From an uncultured bacterium (GTDB lineage Bacteria; Planctomycetota; UBA1135; UBA2386): a stretch of 64,000 nt of DNA. Where the stretch lies: NCBI GenBank assembly GCA_963974725.1, contig CAXBFC010000001.1:471-64470 (forward strand), given 5' to 3'. The notes under the pieces were generated by a model. That model saw nothing but the letters and a program-made list of their open reading frames with translations, made no database searches and had not been told where the DNA came from. The position numbers were made by a program, and so were the translations under genes. Shown here in pieces: positions 1 to 9,001 of the stretch. Every line of letters begins with the position of its first letter. Position 1 is the stretch's first letter.

Positions 1-80
1 CGGCAACGGCGATCGCACAGTTTCCACGCGCCCGTCCGAGCATCTGCTACTCTTCGTTGCTCCTGCCCCTCTCGAGACCA

Positions 81-1724
81 ATGTTCCTCTGCACCTTTGT
101 CACTGCTCTTCTCGCCACGAGCCATGGTCCCACCACGGCCAACGTCGACGACCCCCAGTCCCACGGCACCGTCGGGGATTCCCTGCTATCGCTGGATGAA
201 GCCATCCAACTGGCTAACGGCACCCTGTCGCTAGCCAGCCTGTCCGCCGCCGAACAGGCGCGCGTGATTGGCATCGGCGACGTCACGCAAATCATCGTTG
301 ATCGTGCGATCACGCCGGTCATCACCGTGCAAGCACCGTTGACGACCCTCACCGGGCCGCAGAGCTCACCTGGCATGGTCACGGTCATGGGCGTTGCCGC
401 AGGTGGCGTCTTGCCAGTTCTCGACGGCGGCACCCAGGCGACGATTCTGACGATGGGGTCGCGCGAACTGATGGTGCACGGCTTCCGCTTCGAAAATGGC
501 GGAGTCGCGGTCGACGCCGCGATGCCCGCGCCGGCCAACCCAGTCTCCGAAATGGCCATGCTCGCCAACTGCGAGTTTGAAGCCCAGACATCTGCTGCCG
601 TGCAACTGCGCGGCACCGGCACCGACAAGACCCGACTGATGGTGCGTGACTGCTCGATGCAGAACATGCCGCTCGGCTACCGCCTCGATGACCAGACCAA
701 CGGTGGTCAGCTCATGTGCGAGAGCGAGCGCATCACCATGGACGGCGTCACCCTCGGCTGCGATGCCTTCGAAGGTGGCTTCGGCGGCACCACGATGTGG
801 GCGTTCTGGCGCAGCTCGTTCGTCAACGGGGAGACCCTCGCCAAATCCAGCCGCTCGCCAACCGCGACGCAGCTGCTCATGCTGCGCATTGTCTACACCG
901 ATGCGACCTGCTCGGGCGACGTGATCGACATGGAAGGCACCACGGCAGGCACCAGCATGATCCACCACCATCACGGTGACTGGACCGCCGGCGCCGGCAA
1001 GAAGGCCTTGTGGACCCACCCGCGCACCGCGCAATTCGACGTGCACGGCAGTGAGATGGTTTTCAACAGCGACCTGTTGATTGCCGGCGGCACGACCTCG
1101 CCACGCTTCTGGCATCAGAACAACCACTACAAGAACTGCAACATCACGCTCGACATCGACGGTGCCTTGCCCAACTTGCTGTGGAACCGCTACGAGAACT
1201 GCACGATCACCGTGCCGGCGCTCGCCCGTTCGCCGGTCAGCATTCGCAGCTCGCACCTGTCAGGCACGGACGTCGATAGCCAATCGTTCTTGGCTCCCAT
1301 CGACATCAACGGCTGCAACCGCGTCGGCGGCACGCTGACTGGCTTCACCAGTGAAGTGACTCCGTCACCTAGCGAGTTCCTCGGCACCACCGAAGTCACG
1401 CCGCAAGATCCGCAAGTCGGCACCAGCCTGCAACTCAGCGCGGATCTGCCGGCCGGCATCATCATGTTCTGGGACATCGCCACCAGCTACGCGCGGCCTG
1501 TGACGTCGCAAGAGCCGGTGCGCTTCTACGGCGACCCTGCCACGGTGGTGATCCTGCCGGTTGTGGTGATCTTCCAAAGCACGTTGACGGTGCCGATCCC
1601 GAACAACCCCGGACTGATCGGGCTCGAGTTCTACGCGCAAGGCATCTCGATCCCATGGCCAGCCGTCACGCAGGCACCGGCCTACCATCTGCCGCGCGGC
1701 GGGCGGATCAACGTGCGCCTCTAG
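81..1724 (+). CDS. secreted parallel beta-helix-like protein with shared C-terminal module
   Basis: ORF 57..1724 (TTG at 57). ATG at 81 gives the signal-like N-terminus MFLCTFVTALLATSHG. SLDEAIQLANG motif resembles CSLREA-type beta-helix proteins. C-terminus TVPIPNNPGLIGLEFYAQGISI matches the C-termini of four other secreted ORFs in the window. Confidence 0.6.
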   Translation: MFLCTFVTALLATSHGPTTANVDDPQSHGTVGDSLLSLDEAIQLANGTLSLASLSAAEQARVIGIGDVTQIIVDRAITPVITVQAPLTTLTGPQSSPGMVTVMGVAAGGVLPVLDGGTQATILTMGSRELMVHGFRFENGGVAVDAAMPAPANPVSEMAMLANCEFEAQTSAAVQLRGTGTDKTRLMVRDCSMQNMPLGYRLDDQTNGGQLMCESERITMDGVTLGCDAFEGGFGGTTMWAFWRSSFVNGETLAKSSRSPTATQLLMLRIVYTDATCSGDVIDMEGTTAGTSMIHHHHGDWTAGAGKKALWTHPRTAQFDVHGSEMVFNSDLLIAGGTTSPRFWHQNNHYKNCNITLDIDGALPNLLWNRYENCTITVPALARSPVSIRSSHLSGTDVDSQSFLAPIDINGCNRVGGTLTGFTSEVTPSPSEFLGTTEVTPQDPQVGTSLQLSADLPAGIIMFWDIATSYARPVTSQEPVRFYGDPATVVILPVVVIFQSTLTVPIPNNPGLIGLEFYAQGISIPWPAVTQAPAYHLPRGGRINVRL

Positions 1725-1809
1725 ATAGATCCTGTGTCGCGGATCCACGCCACTGACCGGGCACGCCTTGGTCCACGGGTCAGTGCGGCGGACACGCATC
1801 CACCGAGCG

Positions 1810-2511
1810 TCAGGGCAGAGGCCGAGCCGCATCCGCACGACGTCGTGCGAGATGCTTCGCGACGTCAAACGGCGGGCATTTGCCGTCCGGATCAAAATCA
1901 ATCGGCCCGATCTTCTTGGCAACCCGAAGCGCCGCGACGTTGAGTTTCTTGCTGCGCGCGCCAATGCCCATCAGCGCAGTGCCCATCGCCAAGACCGTCG
2001 AAACAGGTTGTTTTGGGTAGGCCTTCTCGATGCCTTGGACGTAACCGAGAAACGCAGTCTCGTCGGGTGCCGACTTCTTCTTCGACTTCGAGAGTTCGTA
2101 GATGAGCCCGTAGCCGCACGCCTTGCGAACCTGGTCTTTGCAGGCGATCCACTTCTCCGCGAGCTCGCGCACAAACGGCGCCTTGGCCAGAGTCGCATCG
2201 CATGACGAAAATACGTGTGCGAGGTAGCCGCCTTGCAGTTGCTCGACCTGCGCTTCCGCCTGCGCGATGGTCATCGTCTTAGGGTCATCGATCAGCAGCG
2301 CGATGACCTTGGCCTCGTAGACCTTCGAACTCCAAAGCTGTTTGGCGAGCTTCGCGTCGCGCCCCAGCTTCTTCGCGTATTTGCGTAGCCGGGTCAGCCC
2401 GATGCCATAGCTGCTCAGGCCACCGGATGCTGCCGCGTGCTTCTTCCAGTTTGCGATCCCGCGAGGGTCTTGTTCGGCCTTCAACCACCCAATCACATCG
2501 GCTTTGCCCAT
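1810..2511 (-). CDS. DNA alkylation repair protein (AlkD/AlkC-like HEAT-repeat family)
   Basis: 233-aa ORF. LRKYAKKLGRDAKLAKQLWSSKVYEAKVIALLIDDPK is typical of the DNA_alkylation (PF08713-like) family. Confidence 0.75.
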   Translation of the reverse strand: MGKADVIGWLKAEQDPRGIANWKKHAAASGGLSSYGIGLTRLRKYAKKLGRDAKLAKQLWSSKVYEAKVIALLIDDPKTMTIAQAEAQVEQLQGGYLAHVFSSCDATLAKAPFVRELAEKWIACKDQVRKACGYGLIYELSKSKKKSAPDETAFLGYVQGIEKAYPKQPVSTVLAMGTALMGIGARSKKLNVAALRVAKKIGPIDFDPDGKCPPFDVAKHLARRRADAARPLP

Positions 2512-2526
2512 GGCTGCAATCGCCTG

Positions 2527-3936
2527 CTAGACCTCGTCGATCACGCCGGTGCTGCCGGCGAACGAGTTCGTTTCGACGCCGAGGCGCTGCAGCATCGTCA
2601 CGAACAGGTTTGCCAGCGGCTTGTCTTCGTGGGCGAACTCCTGCTGCCAGGGCTCGCGACCGCCGGTCCACGCTCCCCCAAAGGCGGTGCCTCGGAGGTA
2701 ATTGAGGTATTGGCCGTGCTGGAAGCCCATGTTATTGCCACCGAGCAACACCAGTGGGTAGTTGCGGGAGAGATGGAAGGCACTCGATGCCGACCCGAAC
2801 AGGATCAACGTGTTGTCGAGCATGTTGCCGACGCCACCGACTTCCTTGGTCGCCTTGAGCTTCGCGGCGAAGCGCGCCATCTCTTCATTGAGGAAGCCGC
2901 AGTAGGTCGCGAAGTTCTTCCAGCCGCCGGGCTTCTTGGTTTCGTGGGACAACTGGTGTGCCAGCTGGAACCCGACCGCCCGCGCCAGGTGATCACTGAT
3001 ACCGACACCGTTCTCGCGGCCGATTTGGTAGGTCGCTACGCGGGTCGAATCCGTCTGGAACGCGAGGTGAATCAGACCAAGCATCGCCTGCAAGTAGGCG
3101 CGCGACTCATCAGGCGTCGACTCGAGCTTCAGATCATGGCCAGCCACCGTTGGCAACGGAATGCTCGCCCACCGCTTCGCCTTCTCGATCTTCTGCTCGG
3201 TCTCGCGGACCGAATCGAGGTATTCGTCGAGCGACTGCTGGTCGTGGCCGGACAGCTTCTTGCGCAACGAACGGGCATCCACCAACAAGTCATCCAGCGC
3301 ACTCTCGTTCAAGGCGAGGCGCTTGGCGGCGTCTTCATCGCGCTTCACGAACAATGCATCGAAGACTCTCTTCGGCCGGTGTGCGGCAGGCATCGCGCGG
3401 CCACGGCGATCGAATGACAGCGTGTGGGCGCCGCGCGGCGTGCCGGTGCCGCCATCCGTCGACATCACCAGGGACGAGTAGCGGGTTTGCTCGCCGACAT
3501 GTGCGGCGAACTCCTGATCGAGCGAGATCGAGTTCTTGTAGTCGCCGCGCACCCCCGTGTCCGCGCCGGTCAGGAACTGGTCGGCGTTCGAGTGGCCATG
3601 CACCTTGCGCACGGCGGGATGCGACATGCCCGACACGATCGTCAGATCCTGCCGCAACGGCCCGAACGTCTCGAGGCACTTCGTGAAGGTGTAGTCCTTG
3701 CCGGCCCCGTGCGGGAACCACGACCAATCCTGGTAGGCCGGATCCTCCGCCAACGGCATCGGCACGCCATCTGGCCAGTAGACGCACGCAAACCGCTTGT
3801 GCTTCGCGCGACGTTCCACGGCGCCAACTTCCGCGCCCGCCGCTCCCACGAAAGACTCAAGCCACGGCAGTGCGAGCGCCACCGCCGAACCACGGAGGAA
3901 GCGGCGCCGGTCTAGGGATGCGATGTCGATGGTCAT
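2527..3936 (-). CDS. DUF1501 domain protein (sulfatase-like fold, Tat signal)
   Basis: 469-aa ORF. N-terminal twin-arginine motif DRRRFLRGSAVALALP. Lies downstream of a DUF1549/DUF1553 gene, the usual planctomycete pairing. Confidence 0.9.
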   Translation of the reverse strand: MTIDIASLDRRRFLRGSAVALALPWLESFVGAAGAEVGAVERRAKHKRFACVYWPDGVPMPLAEDPAYQDWSWFPHGAGKDYTFTKCLETFGPLRQDLTIVSGMSHPAVRKVHGHSNADQFLTGADTGVRGDYKNSISLDQEFAAHVGEQTRYSSLVMSTDGGTGTPRGAHTLSFDRRGRAMPAAHRPKRVFDALFVKRDEDAAKRLALNESALDDLLVDARSLRKKLSGHDQQSLDEYLDSVRETEQKIEKAKRWASIPLPTVAGHDLKLESTPDESRAYLQAMLGLIHLAFQTDSTRVATYQIGRENGVGISDHLARAVGFQLAHQLSHETKKPGGWKNFATYCGFLNEEMARFAAKLKATKEVGGVGNMLDNTLILFGSASSAFHLSRNYPLVLLGGNNMGFQHGQYLNYLRGTAFGGAWTGGREPWQQEFAHEDKPLANLFVTMLQRLGVETNSFAGSTGVIDEV

Positions 3937-3976
3937 AGATCTGGGGGTATGGACCTGGGGTCACAGGCCTAATCGT

Positions 3977-6748
3977 CTAGTTCGACTGGAACAACTCGCT
4001 GGTCACGATCGAAGTGATCATGGTAGCAAGGCCATCGCCACGCATTCGTGTCTGAGCTGTAATCTCGTCGATCGCGGCACGATCTGCAAACGTCAACGGC
4101 CGGCCGAGTGCGAACGTCGCCAGCTTTTGGACCAAGGCCCGAACGAACTGATCCTGCCGATTCTTGAGCAGGAAGCGCTTCAAGCCATCGACGCCATCGA
4201 GCTTCTGCTTGTTGAACAGCACGCTGACCGAGTCGACCGGCTTGCCGCCAATCTTGGTGCGGAACCTGCCGACCGCATCGAAGTTTTCGAACGCGATCCC
4301 CCACGGATCGATCTTGGCGTGGCAGGACATGCACGCCGGATGATCTCGATGGTTCTCGATGCGCTGCTTCAACGTCATCTTGGCGATCTCCGGATCGGTC
4401 AGATCGATCTCAGGCACAGCCGGCGGCGGCGGTGGCGGCGGATCGTTGAGCAGACGCTCCAGCATCCAGATGCCGCGCTTCAGCGGATGCGAGTCGATGC
4501 CATCGGAGTTCATCGCCAGCAACCCCGCCTGCGTCAACAAGCCGCCACGTCCCTGCTCAGGCGTCAGCTCGACGCGGCGGAACTGGTTGCCCGTGACATC
4601 GGACAAGCCGTAGTGCTTGGCCAGCCGTTCATTGGCCATCGTGAAGTTGGCGTGCAAGAACTCGAGCGCGCTGTGATCTTGCTGCAGAACCTCGTGGAAG
4701 AATGCGATTGGCTCCTCAGCCATCGCCTGCTTCAGGGTCGCATCAAAGCGTGGGTAGGCTTTGCGATCGACGTGCAAGAAGTCGAGCAGTTCGAGCCCGA
4801 GCCACTGTCGAACGAAGTGCTGCGAGAACCTGCGCGCCTTGGGATCGCGCAGCATGCGTTCGAGCTGGTCGCGAAGCACGTCCGCATCCTGCAACTGCCC
4901 TGTGCTCGCCAGCGTCTGCAACTCGCGATCCGGCATGCTACACCAGACGAACATCGACAGGCGCGTCGCCAACTCAAGCCCGGACAGTCCGTCTGCCTTC
5001 GAGGCAACGACGTAGAGGAAGTTGGGCGACGCCAGCACCGTCGCCAACGTCTCGACCATCGCATCCTCGAAGCTGCCGCACTTGGGGCGCAGCTTCTCAA
5101 ACAGCTTCACCTTCTGCGCGACTTCTTGTTGGGTCGCATCACGGCGCCATGCACGCGAAAGAAACTGCGTCAGCACCTCACGTGCGTAGACGTTCTCCTC
5201 GGCGGGCTTCGAGCTGGCACGATCGCCGAAGATCTTCGTGTGCGAAGTCGGCGGCCACTGCTCGTAGACGGGAGCGCTGACCTCGACGTGGTCGATCCAC
5301 ACATCGCCGCCCGAATGCGACGTGTTGAGAATCTTGATGTATTCCGACGGGCTTGGAAGCTGGCCGAGCTCCTGGGTCTTGCGCACCATGTTGCGCGGAT
5401 AGATCTGGCTCAACGGCACTTGCCATTCGTAGAACTGCGCCGCCCCAGGTGCAGCAGCCACGACAAGTTCCTCCTTGCCGATCACGTACGAAGAGCTCGA
5501 GTCGTTGCTCGCCTGCCAGCCGAACATTAGCTGCAAGCTCGGTGCCCCATCATGCTCGCGTGACTCGCGCGAGGCACGCACACGCACGCGCAGCATGCCC
5601 CGCTCCGGCAACTGATTTCCTAGCTCGACGACCAGTGCCTTGCGCTGCGGAACAACCGCAATCTGTTCCAACTGAGCTGGGACTTCGGGCCGTTTTTCCG
5701 CTGGCTTCCAAGCAAACTTCGCGCCGTTGTAGCCCCACGACTGCCGCGCCATACGGCCACTCTTCAGGTCCTTGTAGAAGACGCCGTTCGGCCGCTTCAA
5801 AAAGCGCTCGGCCTGACGCGCCAACTCGACTTCCAACTTCTTCGAGTCGTCCTTGTGCTTCTTGCGCAGGTTGGCGAGTTGCTGGTCCTGCTTCGCCCAC
5901 TCGACTGCCGCCGCGGCTGGCATCGACACACCCCAATGCAGCATTTCTGGCTGCTCACCGGTGATCGTCGCCAGGCGCAACGCCCGACGACTGGCATCCA
6001 GGTAGGCGCGAAACTGCATGCCCGATACGTGCAGCACTTCTGAGCTGTTTTGGAAGCCGTCTTTCGAAGTCGGATCGGGGGGCAGGTCTTCGGCAAAGTC
6101 GAACGGCAGCCCGAGCAGGTCTTGCAGCGCGTAGTTGTATTCGTACCGCGTCATCCGCCGGAACGACGAATGCTTGATGGTGGCGCGACGCGTGGTCGAG
6201 GCGATCTGGATTTCCGCAGCCAACCATTCGATCACCCGGGTGCGATCCCCATCGGCAAGCTCCACTTCGTCTTCCGGCGGCATCTCGCCGTTGGTCAACA
6301 CCGCGAGCACTTCGAGCCACCAATCGACATCGTTGCCCGCGAACAGGTCGGCATTGAGCGTATCGATGCGCAGCTCGCCCTTCTGCTTGTCCGGCCCGTG
6401 GCATTCGAAGCACGCTTTCGCGAGCACCGGTTGGATCAACTTCTGGAAGGTCTTGAGGTCCGGCTCCGGGGCCGTTTCGGCGACCCGCTTCGATTCGTGC
6501 GTGTGGTAGCTCGAGCGACGCGCGCCCTCCACCTTGAGCTCGTCGAATGACTTGGGTTGCGCAGCCGGCTTCGGGTCCTGAAGGGTCTTGGAGTCTTCTG
6601 GCGCCTCGACCACCTGCGCGTAGGCGCCGTTACACATGACACACAGCAGTGCGGCGAAGCACACAATGTATCGGACGTTCTTGTGTCGGACGTTCTTGTG
6701 TCGGACGTTTCGGTGTCGGACGTTCTTGGTGTCGATCATTGGCGTCAT
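3977..6748 (-). CDS. DUF1549/DUF1553 protein with planctomycete cytochrome-c-like domain (PSD1-type)
   Basis: 923-aa ORF. CFECHGPDKQKGELRIDTL (CxxCH) N-terminal domain, second CMSCHAKIDPWG motif, signal peptide after a basic repeat region. Confidence 0.9.
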   Translation of the reverse strand: MTPMIDTKNVRHRNVRHKNVRHKNVRYIVCFAALLCVMCNGAYAQVVEAPEDSKTLQDPKPAAQPKSFDELKVEGARRSSYHTHESKRVAETAPEPDLKTFQKLIQPVLAKACFECHGPDKQKGELRIDTLNADLFAGNDVDWWLEVLAVLTNGEMPPEDEVELADGDRTRVIEWLAAEIQIASTTRRATIKHSSFRRMTRYEYNYALQDLLGLPFDFAEDLPPDPTSKDGFQNSSEVLHVSGMQFRAYLDASRRALRLATITGEQPEMLHWGVSMPAAAAVEWAKQDQQLANLRKKHKDDSKKLEVELARQAERFLKRPNGVFYKDLKSGRMARQSWGYNGAKFAWKPAEKRPEVPAQLEQIAVVPQRKALVVELGNQLPERGMLRVRVRASRESREHDGAPSLQLMFGWQASNDSSSSYVIGKEELVVAAAPGAAQFYEWQVPLSQIYPRNMVRKTQELGQLPSPSEYIKILNTSHSGGDVWIDHVEVSAPVYEQWPPTSHTKIFGDRASSKPAEENVYAREVLTQFLSRAWRRDATQQEVAQKVKLFEKLRPKCGSFEDAMVETLATVLASPNFLYVVASKADGLSGLELATRLSMFVWCSMPDRELQTLASTGQLQDADVLRDQLERMLRDPKARRFSQHFVRQWLGLELLDFLHVDRKAYPRFDATLKQAMAEEPIAFFHEVLQQDHSALEFLHANFTMANERLAKHYGLSDVTGNQFRRVELTPEQGRGGLLTQAGLLAMNSDGIDSHPLKRGIWMLERLLNDPPPPPPPAVPEIDLTDPEIAKMTLKQRIENHRDHPACMSCHAKIDPWGIAFENFDAVGRFRTKIGGKPVDSVSVLFNKQKLDGVDGLKRFLLKNRQDQFVRALVQKLATFALGRPLTFADRAAIDEITAQTRMRGDGLATMITSIVTSELFQSN
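6671..6730. repeat. 15-bp tandem repeat x4 (tcggacgttcttgtg) inside the 5' end of the DUF1549/1553 gene
   Basis: Four consecutive 15-mers read directly. On the minus strand they encode (K/R)NVRH x4 in the n-region of the signal peptide. Confidence 0.9.
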
Positions 6749-6814
6749 CGCACTCGCGTCTAGCGAGCCGCATGAGCATACCGTGATGCCGCCGCGCCGC
6801 GCTATGCTGCCGGA

Positions 6815-9001
6815 ATGCGCATGTACGCTGCTCTGCTGGTGATTTTCGCTACTGCCTGTGCTGGAGTCGAACGTTCACGGTTCGATGATCTGCAGTGGCG
6901 TGCCATCGGACCGCGCCTATGCGGCGGCCGCATCGAGGCGATCGCCGTGCATGGTGAGAGGATCTACGTCGGCGCCGGCTCCGGCAACCTCTGGTGCAGC
7001 GAGGATGACGGCCACACCTGGACACCGATTTTCGACCACGAATCGTCGTTCGCCATTGGCGCCGTGGCCGTGGCGCCGTCGGACCCCGACGTATTGTGGG
7101 TTGGCACTGGCGAAGTCCTGATGGCACGCAGTTCGTATGCCGGAACCGGGGTGTTTCGATCGAACGATGCCGGCACCACGTGGCGCAACGTCGGACTCGC
7201 CGACAGCTTCCACATTGGTCGCATCGTGGTGCATCCCGACGATGCGGATGTCGCCTGGGTCGCGGCGATCGGCCACAACTACACGCACAACGAACAGCGC
7301 GGCGTCTTCCGCACCCGCGACGGCGGTGCCAACTGGCAGCATGTGCTCGCGGTCTCGCCCCGAGCCGGCGCCATCGACGTGGTGATGCACCCTACCGATC
7401 CCGAAACGCTGTTCGCCGTGACCTGGGAACGGGATCGCAAGGCGTGGAACAACATCGAATACGGGCCAGGTAGCGGCTTGCATATGTCGACGGACGGTGG
7501 CAGCAACTGGCAACAACTGGCAGGTGGCCTGCCAACCGGTGACCTCGTCGGCCGGATAGGTCTCGGCATTGCGCGCAGCCACCCGCAGACGATGTATGCC
7601 ATCGTCGACAACCACAACCGCGACCCCGCCGGCAAACGGCTCGGCGGCATGCTGTTTCGTAGCGATGATGGCGGCAACAGCTGGCGGCAAGCGAACACCG
7701 AGCCACTGGCGACACGCATCGGCTACGACTTGTGCGAGGTCGTCGTCGCTCCCGATGATCCCGAAGAAGTGTGGATCCCCGGCCACTACCTGCTGCATTC
7801 GATCGATGGTGGCAAGACCTTCGAGCGCGTCTCGGGCGAAGTCCGCAACCTGCTGCCGAACCCCGCGCAGCAACTGCACCTCGATCACCACGAGCTGTGG
7901 CAAGACCCTGCCAACGGCGACCGCATGCTGCTCGGAACCGATGGCGGTATGTATGCATCGCGCGACCGCGGCACCAGCTGGCTGCGCCTCAACAGCATGC
8001 CGATCGCTGAGGTCTACGCGCTGACGCTCGACGACGCCGAGCCATACAACATCTTCATCGGCACGCAGGACAACGCCGCGCTCTACGGCCCCGCAACCGG
8101 CAGCATCGCGGCCGATGCACCGGAAACGTGGAAATACGTCTACCAGGACCGCTGGGGCGGCGGCGACAGCTACTTCACGTTCCCGGATCCTGGCGACGGC
8201 AACACGGTCTACTACGAACACCAGTTTGGCGACCTGCGCCGCAAGGACATGCGCACCGGCAAAGCCACTTCGATCGCACCACAAGCCGAGCGCAACGAAG
8301 CGGCGTTGCGACGCAATTGGATGACGCCGGTGCTCGCTTCGCGTCACGCCCACAACACCTTGCTGTATGGCACGCAACGGCTCTACCGATCGCCTGATCG
8401 AGGCGACTCCTGGCAAGCGATCAGCCCGGACCTGACGACGAACCCGGGATCGGAACGGCGCGGCAACGTTCCGTTCGGCACGATCACCAGCATCAGTGAA
8501 TGCCACTTCGAGCCAACCACGATCTACGTCGGCACCGACGATGGACTCGTGCAGCGCAGCCAGGACGACGGCACAACCTGGACCAATGTCACGGGCCCCC
8601 TACCGCAAAAGTGGGTGAGCCGCGTGATCACGTCGCGGCACGATCGGGCCCGGGTCTTCGTGACCATGACGGGTTACCGGGACGACGACTTCCAGCCCTA
8701 CGCCTATCGCTCGGAGGATCACGGCGCAACCTGGCGATCAATTGCTGCAGGTCTGCCACAAGAGTCGGTCAATGTGATTCGCGAAGACCCGCACAACGCC
8801 GACACGCTCTACGTCGGCACAGACCGCGGCGTGCACGCGTCGTTCGACGGCGGCAACACGTGGCACAGTTTGCGTGGCGATCTCCCGACAACGCCCGTGC
8901 ACGATCTCGCGGTGCATGCCAGCGGCGACCTGGTCCTCGGCACACACGGACGCGGCGTGTTCGTATTGCCACTCGATGCGCTACAGGCGAGAGTCCGCTA
9001 G
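6815..9001 (+). CDS. sortilin/Vps10-like BNR-repeat beta-propeller protein (glycosyl-hydrolase-like)
   Basis: 728-aa ORF. Repeated S-x-D-x-G-x-T-W motifs (SEDDGHTWTP, SNDAGTTWRN, TRDGGANWQH, STDGGSNWQQ, SDDGGNSW, SIDGGKTF, SRDRGTSW). Paralogous to 8998..11652 and 37193..40138. Confidence 0.85.
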   Translation: MRMYAALLVIFATACAGVERSRFDDLQWRAIGPRLCGGRIEAIAVHGERIYVGAGSGNLWCSEDDGHTWTPIFDHESSFAIGAVAVAPSDPDVLWVGTGEVLMARSSYAGTGVFRSNDAGTTWRNVGLADSFHIGRIVVHPDDADVAWVAAIGHNYTHNEQRGVFRTRDGGANWQHVLAVSPRAGAIDVVMHPTDPETLFAVTWERDRKAWNNIEYGPGSGLHMSTDGGSNWQQLAGGLPTGDLVGRIGLGIARSHPQTMYAIVDNHNRDPAGKRLGGMLFRSDDGGNSWRQANTEPLATRIGYDLCEVVVAPDDPEEVWIPGHYLLHSIDGGKTFERVSGEVRNLLPNPAQQLHLDHHELWQDPANGDRMLLGTDGGMYASRDRGTSWLRLNSMPIAEVYALTLDDAEPYNIFIGTQDNAALYGPATGSIAADAPETWKYVYQDRWGGGDSYFTFPDPGDGNTVYYEHQFGDLRRKDMRTGKATSIAPQAERNEAALRRNWMTPVLASRHAHNTLLYGTQRLYRSPDRGDSWQAISPDLTTNPGSERRGNVPFGTITSISECHFEPTTIYVGTDDGLVQRSQDDGTTWTNVTGPLPQKWVSRVITSRHDRARVFVTMTGYRDDDFQPYAYRSEDHGATWRSIAAGLPQESVNVIREDPHNADTLYVGTDRGVHASFDGGNTWHSLRGDLPTTPVHDLAVHASGDLVLGTHGRGVFVLPLDALQARVR

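Noticed and set aside
3797-5530. Long ORFs antisense to or overlapping the called genes. Examples: 366..1256, 2437..3417, 3797..5530 (577 aa), 6917..8506 (529 aa), 9661..11139 (492 aa), 11634..12743, 13867..14793, 21368..22582, 26329..27381, 27354..28598, 28742..29965, 30585..31625, 35436..36635, 39239..40174, 43020..43874, 44622..45563, 50114..50992, 51977..53086, 54462..55850, 57540..58706, 59744..60631, 61844..62596, 62678..63628.
   Set aside because: These are shadow ORFs expected in GC-rich DNA. Their translations are Arg/Ala/Gly/His/Pro-rich low-complexity strings with no recognisable motifs. Each lies opposite or out of frame to an ORF with clear family motifs, a signal peptide and sensible boundaries.
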